Notes under the pieces: model-generated | Seen by the model: the letters and a program-made list of their open reading frames with translations, nothing else | Told to the model about the DNA's origin: nothing | Databases searched by the model: none | From: Patescibacteria group bacterium | GTDB taxonomy: Bacteria > Patescibacteriota > Minisyncoccia > Phycocordibacterales > Phycocordibacteraceae | Direction: 5' to 3' | DNA: 64,000 bases | Assembly (NCBI GenBank): GCA_018970465.1 | Contig: JAGWWI010000001.1 | Span: 3,430 to 67,429 of the forward strand | Position numbers and translations under genes: made by a program | Part shown: piece by piece, positions 36,224 through 45,863 of the stretch | How positions within the stretch are numbered: position 1 is the first letter of the stretch | How the letters are laid out: each line of letters opens with the position of its first letter

Positions 36224-36233
36224 CCCTGCAAGA

Positions 36234-36256
36234 TGTAGGACATAGTATGTCCTACA
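36234..36256. repeat. REP-like palindrome, left of the transposase
   Basis: tgtaggacata-g-tatgtcctaca, perfect 11-bp arms, contains GTAG. Confidence 0.85.
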
Positions 36257-36267
36257 ATGGAGAGGTC

Positions 36268-36906
36268 ATGGAACTCTGGCACGTGATATATCGGGGCGTT
36301 GACGGCCGAGATATCTTCAAGGACGACCAAGATCGCGCGCGGTTCGTACATGACCTCTACGAATTCAACGACACGGCTCCAGCCGGTGTTTATGTCGGAC
36401 ATACTATGTCCAAAGCTCGGGAGACGATTGTCGAAGTGCATGGGTGGAAACTCATGCCCAACCACGTGCATTTACTTCTTTCGGAATCTCGTGATGACGG
36501 ATTCTCGCTGTTTCTTAAGAAAATGCGCGGATATGCCCGGTACTACAACGAACGCCATAGCCGTCGCGGGATCTTATTCGACAAGATGAAGAAGGTGCAC
36601 ATCGAACGCGAAGCGCATTTCCTGTACATACTCCATTACATCCACCTGAACGGGCTCGACGATCTGCCAGGCGCAGAGCGGTGGCGGGAGCGTGACAAAG
36701 GGGCGATATCCGATGTTGGTGCGGCGCTCGCGCATCTCGGGCAGGATAAATGGAGCAGCTTCCGCGATTATTGCGGCATCGCGAATTTCCCCTCGATACT
36801 CACCACACGCTTGTTCGAAGATCGTCCGAGAGAATACGAGCGCGATCTTGAAGACTTTCTGCAAAATCGGACTGACCCTGGGCTGGCGGCTTACGATCTC
36901 GAATAA
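36268..36906 (+). mobile_element. REP-associated tyrosine transposase (Y1_Tnp/RAYT, HUH)
   Basis: HVIYRGVD...IF.DD.DR.RF; LMPNHVHLLL; Y..YYN.RH.R.G.LF; YIHLN; WSS...Y. Confidence 0.88.
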
Positions 36907-36932
36907 ACGTAGGACATAGTATGTCCTACGTT
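36906..36932. repeat. REP-like palindrome, right of the transposase
   Basis: aacgtaggacata-g-tatgtcctacgtt, 13-bp arms. Confidence 0.85.
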
Positions 36933-36987
36933 CCAGGGCTGTGGATAGCGTGGGTGCGCGCGGCGCGGGAGTGTACGCTTAGCGCAT

Positions 36988-37236
36988 ATGGCGGACATGC
37001 AGTTCGAGGAGCCCTCCTACGGCGCGCCGGTCGTCGATGCGGGGCCGAAGGGCCTTGCGGGGCTCCTTATCAGGTGGGGCGTCGCGAAGGACGAGCGTCA
37101 AGCGCAAGTCGCGCTCCTCGTCATCTTGGTCGTTGCGCTCATCGGGGCGGCTAGCCTCTTCCTCTTCGGCGGGGCGGCTGGCTCGTCGCGGCCGCCGGTC
37201 CCGAATATCGACGGCACGCCGAGGACCGGCCCATGA
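36988..37236 (+). CDS. small pilin-associated membrane protein (paralog 3)
   Basis: GLAGLLIRWGVAKDERQAQVALL-TM. Confidence 0.7.
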   Translation: MADMQFEEPSYGAPVVDAGPKGLAGLLIRWGVAKDERQAQVALLVILVVALIGAASLFLFGGAAGSSRPPVPNIDGTPRTGP

Positions 37237-37691
37237 ATTCGCCTGCTCGCGGCTTCACCTTGATCGAGCTCCTGGTCGTCATCGCGATCATCGGGCTCCT
37301 CTCCGCGATCGTGCTCGCCTCCTTGAACACCGCGCGCACGCGCGGGCAGGACGCGGCGCGCGAGTCGGACGTAAAGTCCCTCGAGACCGCGATGGAGCTC
37401 TACTACAACGACAACGGCGGCTACCCGACCTCGAACGGCAGCGGAAACGGCGACGTGCTCCTCTCTGACGCGACTTTGGTCGGGAAGCTGGTCCCCAAGT
37501 ACATCGCAAGCATGCCAGCTCTTCTCATCGCTGACGGCGACCACTATTACGGCGCGGGCGCGACCTCGGGCGTCGAGACGACCGGCTATGACATGTACAT
37601 TTACGTCGGTGCATCAAACTCCTACTGCCGCGCCGGCACGCTCCCCACTTGGACGGGTGACTGGGGCACTCCGACGGTCTGCAACTTCTAG
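37233..37691 (+). CDS. type IV pilin / GspG-like pseudopilin
   Basis: RGFTLIELLVVIAIIGLLSAIVLASLN. Confidence 0.92.
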   Translation: MNSPARGFTLIELLVVIAIIGLLSAIVLASLNTARTRGQDAARESDVKSLETAMELYYNDNGGYPTSNGSGNGDVLLSDATLVGKLVPKYIASMPALLIADGDHYYGAGATSGVETTGYDMYIYVGASNSYCRAGTLPTWTGDWGTPTVCNF

Positions 37692-37729
37692 TTGCCTCCC
37701 GGCCGCGGGCGGGGTATAGTGCGCCCGTT

Positions 37730-38371
37730 ATGCCGAATCTCCCGGTAGCAGCGCGCGATAGCGCCCACACGTCCCCGAAGGCGCTCCGCCGCGCGGGGAA
37801 GGTCCCGGCCGTCGTCTACGGCGCCACACAGGCGTCGACCCCGATCGCCGTCGACCTCGCCGCCTTCGCCAAAGTCCTCGCCGAGGCGGGGGAGTCGTCG
37901 ATCGTGACGCTCGAGGGCCTCGGCGCCCCGGTGCCGACCTTGATCCACGAGGTCGACCTCGACCCGGTGACGCGCACGCCCCGGCACGTCGACTTCTATG
38001 CGGTGACGCGCGGGCAGAAGGTGGAGGTCGCGATCCCGCTCGAGTTCGTCGGGGAGTCCCCGGCGGTCAAGGCCGGCGCGAACCTGGTCAAGGTCATGCA
38101 CGAGCTCACCGTCGAGGCCGACCCGATGGCGCTGCCGCACGAGCTCACCTTCGACGTTTCCGCGCTCGCGGAAGTGGGCCAGCAAGTGCGCGCGGGCGAC
38201 GTGCTCCTCCCCGCGGGCGTCACGCTCGCGGTCGACGCGGACGAGATCGTCGCCCTTATCCAGGAGGTCGCCGAAGAGCCCGAGGAGGAGGCGGCGCCCG
38301 TCGACCTCTCGACGATCGAGGTGGAGCAGAAGGGCAAGGAGGAGCCCGCGGAGGGCGAAGCGGCGGAGTAA
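37730..38371 (+). CDS. rplY: 50S ribosomal protein L25/Ctc
   Basis: LRRAGKVPAVVYG, HVDFYAV, IPLEFVGESPAVK. Confidence 0.93.
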   Translation: MPNLPVAARDSAHTSPKALRRAGKVPAVVYGATQASTPIAVDLAAFAKVLAEAGESSIVTLEGLGAPVPTLIHEVDLDPVTRTPRHVDFYAVTRGQKVEVAIPLEFVGESPAVKAGANLVKVMHELTVEADPMALPHELTFDVSALAEVGQQVRAGDVLLPAGVTLAVDADEIVALIQEVAEEPEEEAAPVDLSTIEVEQKGKEEPAEGEAAE

Positions 38372-38402
38372 GGGCGTGCTCGGGCGTGGTACACTCTACG
38401 CC

Positions 38403-39740
38403 GTGAACCGGCGTTTTTTTGTTGCAGCGTTCGCTCTGGCTGTTCTCTCTGGCGCGGGCCTCGCGGCGCTCCACGCGCCCGCCACGCGCGCCCAGGAGCT
38501 CACGGACGCCGAACGCGCGCAGCTGCAGGCTGAGTATAATCAGCTGCAGCAGGAAATCGCCGCGCAGCAGCAGATCATTGCCCAAACGCAGGGGCAGGAG
38601 CGCACGCTGAAGGGCGACGTGACCTCGCTCACCGCAGCGATCACCGCCGCGCAGAAGCAGATCGACGCCAAGAACATCCAGCTCCGGCAGCTCGCCTCGG
38701 AGATCGCGACGAAGACCGAGACGATCAGCAATCTCGAATCGCATATCGACGCGGGGAAAGAGTCGCTCGCCTCGATGCTCCGGCAGGAGGCGCAGCTCGA
38801 GGACGCCTCGCCGGTCGCGATCGCCTTCGGCGCCGAGAGCATCTCGGAGTTCTTCTCGGACGTGGACTCCTTCGCCTCGATCGAGAACGCCCTCCACGTC
38901 GTCTTCAACGACCTTGAGGCGAGCCAGGCGCAGGCCGCCAACGAGCGCGACGCCCTCGCCTCGACGCAGAACCAGGTCACGGACGCCAAGTACGCGGTGC
39001 AGGAAACCAAGGCGCAGATCGCGACCAATAAGACCGAGAAGCAGCAGCTCCTCGCCGCCGCCTCCGCGAGCGAGGCCGAGCAGCAGAAGGTCCTCGCGGC
39101 GAACCAGGCTAAGGCCGCCGCGATCCGCGCCGCGCTCTTCCCGCTCCGGGACGCGGCGGCGATCCCCTTCGGCACGGCGCTCCAGTACGCACAGGCGGCG
39201 CAGCGGGCGACCGGCGTCGACCCGGCTCTCGTCCTCGCCATCCTCACGCAGGAGTCGAATCTCGGCGCGAACGTGGGGCAGTGCTATCTCGCAAACGATC
39301 AGACCGGCGCGGGGGTAGGGAAGAATAGCGGCACCGCGTTCGCGAAGGTCATGAACCCGAATCGCGACGTGCCTATCTTCCTCGCGATGGCGAACGCGAT
39401 CGGTTTCGATCCGCACCACCAGGTCGTCTCCTGCCCGATCGCGGGCGCAGGCGGCTGGGGCGGCGCGATGGGCCCCGCGCAGTTCATCCCCTCGACCTGG
39501 AAGCTCTACATGGGCGTCTCGGCGAACCCTTGGGACCCGAGCGTCGCGATCCGCGCGATGTCGACCTACCTCGCCGACCTCGGCGCGGGCGCGGGCGGCT
39601 ACACGGCGCTCCACACCGCCGCGGCGAAGTACTACGCCGGCGGCGCCTGGGCCTCCGCCGGCCAGGCCTACGCCAACCAGGTGATGGCGAAGGTCTCCGC
39701 CATCCAGCAGAACATCACGTTCTTGGCGCAGAATTCTTAG
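38403..39740 (+). CDS. coiled-coil protein with C-terminal lytic transglycosylase domain
   Basis: Signal peptide, long coiled coil, LAILTQESNLG.NVG, GGAMGPAQFIPSTW. Confidence 0.85.
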   Translation: MNRRFFVAAFALAVLSGAGLAALHAPATRAQELTDAERAQLQAEYNQLQQEIAAQQQIIAQTQGQERTLKGDVTSLTAAITAAQKQIDAKNIQLRQLASEIATKTETISNLESHIDAGKESLASMLRQEAQLEDASPVAIAFGAESISEFFSDVDSFASIENALHVVFNDLEASQAQAANERDALASTQNQVTDAKYAVQETKAQIATNKTEKQQLLAAASASEAEQQKVLAANQAKAAAIRAALFPLRDAAAIPFGTALQYAQAAQRATGVDPALVLAILTQESNLGANVGQCYLANDQTGAGVGKNSGTAFAKVMNPNRDVPIFLAMANAIGFDPHHQVVSCPIAGAGGWGGAMGPAQFIPSTWKLYMGVSANPWDPSVAIRAMSTYLADLGAGAGGYTALHTAAAKYYAGGAWASAGQAYANQVMAKVSAIQQNITFLAQNS

Positions 39741-39744
39741 GGCC

Positions 39745-40419
39745 ATGTTTCGGCGTAGCACTAAGCCGGCCATCGCCCCTCAGAACCGAGTTGTTCTCAT
39801 TGCGGGCGGGAGCGGCGAATTGGGGCAACTGTTGTCTGCAACAAAGCCGGATGGCGTCACGCTCGTCAACATCTCGCGTCAGCGAGACCTTGAGGGCGAA
39901 GGAGTCATCAACTACCACTTTGACCTTACGCGTGCGCCTGAGAAGTCTTTCGCACAGATTTCCTCGATTGTACCGAGAGTCGATGTCTTTGTCTACGCGG
40001 CATATTCGCGCGCATTTTCTACGTTTGAGCGCCTCGAGCGAGGAGCTTTCCTTAAGGAGTACGAGCTTGACGTTTTCGCGGCGGCTGCGTGGACACGCGC
40101 GTGCGCAGATCGCTTCTGGTTACGAACAGGGTCAAGAGATAACTCGGCGCATGCACGTAAAGCAATCTGGATCTCGAGCGTCGCTGCCTTCGCCAAGACA
40201 GCGCGGCCTGAGCTTGCGTCCTATAGCGCAGCTAAGGCTGCGCTGAATGCGCTCGGACCGTACGCGCATGACTACCTATTTGAAACTAGCGGCATACCGC
40301 TGGCCATCCTTGCGCCCGGTTCACTCTCTGATCCGCACATTCGCACCCAGACCGCGGCGCGCTTCTGGGAGCTCGTTAATGAGCCGCTCGATCGTTTCGT
40401 CCTTGAGCGACTATCTTGA
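39745..40419 (+). CDS. SDR family oxidoreductase
   Basis: LIAGGSGELG, ISSV, YSAAKAAL, LAPG. Confidence 0.82.
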   Translation: MFRRSTKPAIAPQNRVVLIAGGSGELGQLLSATKPDGVTLVNISRQRDLEGEGVINYHFDLTRAPEKSFAQISSIVPRVDVFVYAAYSRAFSTFERLERGAFLKEYELDVFAAAAWTRACADRFWLRTGSRDNSAHARKAIWISSVAAFAKTARPELASYSAAKAALNALGPYAHDYLFETSGIPLAILAPGSLSDPHIRTQTAARFWELVNEPLDRFVLERLS

Positions 40420-40440
40420 CCATCCAGTATACTGACCGGG

Positions 40441-41256
40441 ATGCTCGAAGGCCTGAGGGCTTTAAAGGATACGCTTGACAAACGGCGCCTCGCGCTTGCC
40501 GAAGCTATGTCTCTTGACGACTTTCTGACCCCCCAGCCGTATACAGTCGAACGCGAGCCTTTCCCCCATGTGGTCGCCGATGATTTCTTTAAGCCAGAGC
40601 AGGCCGAACGCCTCAACCGTTTCTTCTACACTCGGCTTGCCGACGGGTGCGCAGATACGCTCGACTACTCCCGCTTCCACGCGTTCAGGAATCCGGGCGC
40701 AGGGGCGCAATCGATCGACTACGACGGCTACGTATATATGCCGCGCCCAGAGGAGGACGCGAGCGTGCGCGTTCTATTCAGCCTCGCGTGGAATTTGTTC
40801 TTTTCCGATCTCTTTGCGCAGCCGACGGGGTTCGCTACTACCGTCGCCTTCCACCATCATCCGGCCGGCGATCACACCGGCTTCGTCCACGATGATCACG
40901 CAGTCAAAGCCTTCTCTTCGCGCAACCGTCTTGCGAACGGCGTGGTGCCCTCGATCGCATCGCAGTCGGCTCCGGGGGACGCGGCGGGGTCTTTCAGCGG
41001 CATGCGCAGCATCGCTGTGTTGTATTTCTTCGGGGGTGGGTGGAAAGAGGGCGATGGGGGAGAGACGGGCCTCTATGCCGACCAGAATGCGCCGCCCGCC
41101 AAGCGAGTCGCGCCTTTGCCTAACCGCTTGCTCGCGTTCCAGATATCTCCGCGCTCGCTCCACGCATTTCAGGCGAATAAGACGCCGCGCGACTCCTTCG
41201 TGCAGTGGTTCCATACGGATCCGCGTTGGGCTCGCCGGCGCTATCGGCGCTCGTAG
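40441..41256 (+). CDS. 2OG-Fe(II) oxygenase (prolyl-hydroxylase-like)
   Basis: PFPHVV.DDF, HDD, GGETGLY, P.PNRLLAF...SLH......R. Confidence 0.82.
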   Translation: MLEGLRALKDTLDKRRLALAEAMSLDDFLTPQPYTVEREPFPHVVADDFFKPEQAERLNRFFYTRLADGCADTLDYSRFHAFRNPGAGAQSIDYDGYVYMPRPEEDASVRVLFSLAWNLFFSDLFAQPTGFATTVAFHHHPAGDHTGFVHDDHAVKAFSSRNRLANGVVPSIASQSAPGDAAGSFSGMRSIAVLYFFGGGWKEGDGGETGLYADQNAPPAKRVAPLPNRLLAFQISPRSLHAFQANKTPRDSFVQWFHTDPRWARRRYRRS

Positions 41257-41310
41257 AGCTGTGGATTGTGCGTTGCGCGCATACGGCCTTCGTCGGCTAT
41301 ACTGAGCATC

Positions 41311-41544
41311 ATGTCACTCCCCGTCATCCAAAAGAAGGCTACCTATGTCGCTCTTGGTCTCGCGTCCGCGCTTCTTGGCATAATCCTGGTCCCTTTCAGC
41401 ATAAACGGCTCAGCGTCGACGGCGAAGGCCGACATGACTGCCGGTCCATCACCGAGTGGCCCCACCGGATCAGAAGCTGCCGGAGGTCCGGCGCCGTGCA
41501 ATAGCGACACTGGCACTGAATGCGCTGGTACAGGCGTACAATAA
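41311..41544 (+). CDS. small secreted Gly/Pro/Ser/Cys peptide
   Basis: TATACT 7 nt upstream; signal peptide ending TAKA; core DMTAGPSPSGPTGSEAAGGPAPCNSDTGTECAGTGVQ. Confidence 0.7.
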   Translation: MSLPVIQKKATYVALGLASALLGIILVPFSINGSASTAKADMTAGPSPSGPTGSEAAGGPAPCNSDTGTECAGTGVQ

Positions 41545-41559
41545 CTCTCGCGGATCCCC

Positions 41560-42645
41560 ATGCTTTCAAAGAAGGCGTCGGTAGTGCTAGGAGTAACGGC
41601 GATTGTCCTCGTCGGATTGCTTGGAGGCGCGTGGTGGTATGTGCATAAATTTCATACCCCCGCCGCGTCCACTGCAATACAAGACACGACCCTTGCCACG
41701 CTTGCACCGCTTGCGCAACAGGCTAACGTGCTTCTCGCACAGGGTAAGCCAGATCAGGCTGCGGCACTCTTCAAGAATCTCGATCGTTCCCGCCTCGACC
41801 CGCTTCAGCTCGCCTTTGTCGATACGGCGCTCGCCTCGATAACCTACGTGACAGACCGGCACGCCGCGGCTTCGCTTTACGCCGCTATAGGGAGCAGTAC
41901 TGCCTATCCAGCCGTCAGCCGGGCATATGCCTTCGTCGAATTTGCGCGGGACTATTACAATCAAAGCGACCTGTCGCTCGCGGATCCGTTCTTCACGGCA
42001 GGCGAACGTGCGCAGTATCCCACTGTATACACTCGGTATATCGCTCTCCTCAAGCGGAGTTACCTCATATACCCATTTAGTCTCGCGGCATCAGAGATCG
42101 CGAGCAGCGAGATACAGTCGCTCGTCGATCAGTACGGTGCCGCCACAACGACCTCGAGTGAAAAGACACAACTCGCCGCGGCAGCGCTGACTATCGCGAG
42201 CCCGTATATCGCGGCATTCAACAAGTCGATCACCGACATAACGCCGCCGCGGGCAAGCAGCATCCTGCTACCCACCTCCTACCTCTCTAAGGCGGTACTG
42301 CTCAGCAATCTGACGTATATGAAAGCGCCGGTACAGGAGACGCCGGACGCGAGCTTCCTTTCGGCGATAAGCTATGCGCAGAGCCTTGGGATGATAAGGG
42401 CGGAGGGAGGGGCGAGATTCTTTTATGCAGCGTATCTCTCGGGGGAGCCGGGGAAAGCGAGTGATGTTTTACAGCAACTCTCTGACATTGCATCCGATAC
42501 GTCACAAAAGGCCGAGGTACAAGCGTATCTAACTGCACACCCCACAGCTTTCACAACCGGGCGGATATTCGAGAACTTGGCGGCACTTGCAAAGAAAGAC
42601 GTTAAGATAGCGGCGGCGCTGAAAGGTCTCGGCGCCAAGATTTGA
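41560..42645 (+). CDS. membrane-anchored helical-repeat (TPR-like) protein
   Basis: N-terminal TM followed by Ala/Leu/Tyr-rich helices. Confidence 0.6.
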   Translation: MLSKKASVVLGVTAIVLVGLLGGAWWYVHKFHTPAASTAIQDTTLATLAPLAQQANVLLAQGKPDQAAALFKNLDRSRLDPLQLAFVDTALASITYVTDRHAAASLYAAIGSSTAYPAVSRAYAFVEFARDYYNQSDLSLADPFFTAGERAQYPTVYTRYIALLKRSYLIYPFSLAASEIASSEIQSLVDQYGAATTTSSEKTQLAAAALTIASPYIAAFNKSITDITPPRASSILLPTSYLSKAVLLSNLTYMKAPVQETPDASFLSAISYAQSLGMIRAEGGARFFYAAYLSGEPGKASDVLQQLSDIASDTSQKAEVQAYLTAHPTAFTTGRIFENLAALAKKDVKIAAALKGLGAKI

Positions 42646-42661
42646 GCAGGTACTGAAATAG

Positions 42662-42692
42662 GAAGCCCCCGGATCAAGGATCCGGGGGCTTC
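42662..42692. terminator. bidirectional hairpin
   Basis: gaagcccccggatc-aag-gatccgggggcttc. Confidence 0.65.
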
Positions 42693-42714
42693 TTGGGCGT
42701 CGGAGGTGCGACAG

Positions 42715-43278
42715 TTACGCGATGCCACCGGTTTCGACCGGGACCTTCGCGATCGGCCCGTTGGCGTTCATCCAAGCGGGCCACCCGCCACGGTACCAGT
42801 AGACGTTCTGGTATCCGAGTTTCAGGGCCCGCAGGGCCGCATTGTAGGAAAGCCAGCAATGCGGGCCGCCGCAGTAAAACACCACGGGCCGGTAGCGGTT
42901 GTTGCTCGTCGCTTCGCCCAGCATCTGGGCAAAGCGCTGGTCATACGCGGTGCCGTAGAGGCCGGCTTCCGGCCACCAATGGCCGCCCTGCACCACCATT
43001 CCGAAGTGGAAGGTCGTATTGGTGCGGACGTCGACAACGAGAGGCGGCTTGCTCGAGGAGAGCATCTCCCCGAGCTGGCTCGTCACGATAACGGCCCGGA
43101 TTCCGGGGATGGTCAGAGGCGTTGCCGCCTCGTAGTCGCCCGTACGGAGTTGGGACGTCGGCGGGACGCCGAAGTCCTCGGTCTCCGCCCGGGAGTTGCT
43201 CAAAGCCAGGCCCGCAATGGCGGGAACAGCAAAGAGCAGCAGCAGGGTAGCAGCTAGAACGCCTTTCATTGCACGCAT
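42715..43278 (-). CDS. secreted rhodanese-like protein
   Basis: TPLTIPG, LVVDVR, PVVFYC....CWLSYNAALRA..LGY.NVYWYRGG..AW. Confidence 0.85.
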   Translation of the reverse strand: MRAMKGVLAATLLLLFAVPAIAGLALSNSRAETEDFGVPPTSQLRTGDYEAATPLTIPGIRAVIVTSQLGEMLSSSKPPLVVDVRTNTTFHFGMVVQGGHWWPEAGLYGTAYDQRFAQMLGEATSNNRYRPVVFYCGGPHCWLSYNAALRALKLGYQNVYWYRGGWPAWMNANGPIAKVPVETGGIA

Positions 43279-43436
43279 AGCTTCCTCCATAGAACTGCAG
43301 CCTAAGGGACCAGGCCGCTCCTAGCTCATCTTTTAGCACACTATTGAAATAATTGCAAGCCCCCTGTGGACAACTTGCGCGGGCCCTCTGGGTATGGCAT
43401 TCTCCTGCCAGGTCCAAACTGAACAGGAGACATGCC

Positions 43437-43721
43437 ATGAGAGGCATCAGTTTAGCGGCAGCAGCCCTGGTCTGCGGCTTCACAGCCGCAATTGCTGGGC
43501 AGCCGAGCGTCGTCGAGCTCCAGGGGTACCTGGCTCCTGGCACGCTCGTATGCAGCCAGACGCGCTGCTTCCGTACGGCGCAGGAGGCATCGGTTGCTTT
43601 CTTCGCCTTCGACGGGCGCGTTAGCCCGCAGGTGTGGTTCGCCCGGCCAGCGCGGGTGGGTCGGGACTTCCAGTGCGTCCCGCTCTATCTTGGCAATGAG
43701 ACACGGTCCGCGACGAGCTGA
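43437..43721 (+). CDS. small secreted hypothetical protein
   Basis: AGGAG SD motif, signal-peptide-like N-terminus. Confidence 0.5.
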   Translation: MRGISLAAAALVCGFTAAIAGQPSVVELQGYLAPGTLVCSQTRCFRTAQEASVAFFAFDGRVSPQVWFARPARVGRDFQCVPLYLGNETRSATS

Positions 43722-43837
43722 ACATCGTCACCCAACAACTCCGGAAGCCCGCCTCGCGCGGGCCTCCACATTTTAGCTCAAGGGCCGCGTATCGCGAATG
43801 CTATAGTTGCGCGTATATGCATGCGGTGCGCGGCTGG

Positions 43838-44512
43838 ATGCTCTTTGTGACAGCTTTCCTCTTTGCTGTGGTAGCTGCTTGCATCGTTCTGACGCTTTCT
43901 TTCGGGTGGATCGGGCGTTCGTCTGCGTCGATCGCCGCCACGTTGCCGCCGCAGCTTGTTGTGACGGGAACCGACCACTCCCGCGGAAGCGCGGCGGCAC
44001 CAGTAACGCTCATAGAATACGCCGATACGGAGTGCGAATTTTGTAAGCGGCTCGAGCCTGTGCTCGATACGCTGTATACTTGGTATGGCCCGACCGGGCA
44101 GGTGCGCTTCGTCTACCGCTATTTCCCGCTTGGCCTATGGAGCGACTCGACGCCGGAGGCGGAGGCGCTTGAGTGCGCTGCGCGTGCTGGAGGCGATACG
44201 GCCTTCTTCGCGTATCTCGACGCTCTTTTTACTGCGACCGCCTCGAATAACGGCCTCGATCTCGCGCGCCTGCCCTCATTGGCAAGCAGCGTTGGCCTAA
44301 ACGCCGGTGCCTTTGCTAAGTGCCAGGCTTCGGCAGGGGAGCTATCGCCGGCTATCGAACGGGACGTCGCTAGCGGCAAGGCGCTCGGCGTCTCCCAGGC
44401 CCCGGCACTCTTTATTGTTGCGGCGGGTGGGCACGTAACAAGGATTGTGGGGAGCAGGAGCTTGCCGGTCCTCGACTCGGTCATCAAGGCCGCGCTCGCT
44501 CCTGCGCCATGA
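43838..44512 (+). CDS. DsbA family protein (start uncertain)
   Basis: IEYADTECEFCK, FVYRYFPL, GVSQAP. Confidence 0.85.
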   Translation: MLFVTAFLFAVVAACIVLTLSFGWIGRSSASIAATLPPQLVVTGTDHSRGSAAAPVTLIEYADTECEFCKRLEPVLDTLYTWYGPTGQVRFVYRYFPLGLWSDSTPEAEALECAARAGGDTAFFAYLDALFTATASNNGLDLARLPSLASSVGLNAGAFAKCQASAGELSPAIERDVASGKALGVSQAPALFIVAAGGHVTRIVGSRSLPVLDSVIKAALAPAP

Positions 44513-45039
44513 TCCGTCTCGGCCGCATCGGGTCAGTGCCTATACACGCGCGCGACGCCAGCGTCGGTGGCGTGGTCGCTATTTTATCTATCCTGTGCGT
44601 TGCGTATATGCCGAATGTGGATGCGCTCCGGCTCGTACTCATGTCCGGCTTGCCGGTGAGCGCCAAGGCCGTAGCTTTTGTACATCCCGCGTTTGGTATC
44701 CGAGCCCAATACGGCGTCGTTCAAATGTGGTTCATAATCTTGAACGCGCTTCTTCTGGGCGTCAATGCTGCATTGATTTCGAGTTTTATCGCCGCTCGAT
44801 TCTTCGTCCCTGGCAGGCAGATCGCCTCAAGTTTTGGGGCATTCGTCGCGGCGACAGTCGGTCTCGGCTGCGCGTCTTGCGGGGCAGCGCTCGGCTCATT
44901 CTTGGTTGCTTTATTCGGGAGCGGTTCGTCGGTACTCGTGCCGGATATCGGGTTGTTGCTTAACATGTGCGCCTCTCTCGCATATGTCGGATCAATCGCG
45001 CTTATCATCGCGCAGATGCGCAAGCCGGCCGTGTGTTAG
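44509..45039 (+). CDS. membrane protein with GCASCG motif
   Basis: Several TM segments; GLGCASCG; overlaps the dsbA-like gene. Confidence 0.7.
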   Translation: MIRLGRIGSVPIHARDASVGGVVAILSILCVAYMPNVDALRLVLMSGLPVSAKAVAFVHPAFGIRAQYGVVQMWFIILNALLLGVNAALISSFIAARFFVPGRQIASSFGAFVAATVGLGCASCGAALGSFLVALFGSGSSVLVPDIGLLLNMCASLAYVGSIALIIAQMRKPAVC

Positions 45040-45055
45040 ATGTATGCTGAAGCCT

Positions 45056-45859
45056 ATGCGGATCCGCAAGAAGGGAATAGCGCTAGCGCTTGTTTGTGGT
45101 ATGTTCGCGATCTCTCTCGGCGCATACCCTTTCTGGTCTGCCGTTCCTGCTCGCTTCGCCTGGGCGCACGGCTACCACGCCGCCGCCTATTATTTGAACC
45201 ACACGGATGCGAATCTTGCGCTCGAAGAAGGACATTATTACTTTGGCGTTGGCGCGTACGATCTTGGAAAGGCGGCAGGAGCGTTCAAGCTCGCGCTCCG
45301 GCTCGACCCCGCTGCGCTCCTTGCGCATTATGAGCTTGGCCGCATCTACTACGTCGAGGGCAACCTCGCCGCGGCCTATCGGGAAATGAATGCGGAGCTC
45401 ACTGCGAATCCGGGCGACTTCCGCGCCTTTTATGAGCGCGGACTCATAGATGCCAGCCAAGGCGACCTCTCAAGTGCCGAAGCGGACTTCAAAATCTTTA
45501 TCCCGCATGCGCCTGCGGAGTGGGGTGGCTACAACGATCTGGCGTTCGTGCTTGCACAAGAAGGCAGGTATGCCGAATCGGAGGCTGTGGCCAGGGAGGG
45601 AATGCAGAAGGTCCCCGGTGGCGCAGATATCCCCTGGTTGTGGAATTCTCTCGGCCTTGCGCAGCTGAATGCGCTACAGTACGAGGGAGCGCGGGCATCC
45701 TTCGAGCAGGCACTCGCGCTCGCCAATCACCTCACGACCGCAGAGTGGCAGCGTGCCTATTCAGCTAATGACCCCACCGCCGCCAAGCAAAGCATAGCCA
45801 ATTTTCAAAACGCGATACGAGCTAATCTCTCCATGGCACAAGCAGGCAGCACTCCATGA
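45056..45859 (+). CDS. tetratricopeptide repeat protein
   Basis: AHYELGRIYY, AFYERGLI, GYNDLAFV, LWNSLGLA. Confidence 0.85.
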   Translation: MRIRKKGIALALVCGMFAISLGAYPFWSAVPARFAWAHGYHAAAYYLNHTDANLALEEGHYYFGVGAYDLGKAAGAFKLALRLDPAALLAHYELGRIYYVEGNLAAAYREMNAELTANPGDFRAFYERGLIDASQGDLSSAEADFKIFIPHAPAEWGGYNDLAFVLAQEGRYAESEAVAREGMQKVPGGADIPWLWNSLGLAQLNALQYEGARASFEQALALANHLTTAEWQRAYSANDPTAAKQSIANFQNAIRANLSMAQAGSTP

Positions 45860-45863
45860 TCAC

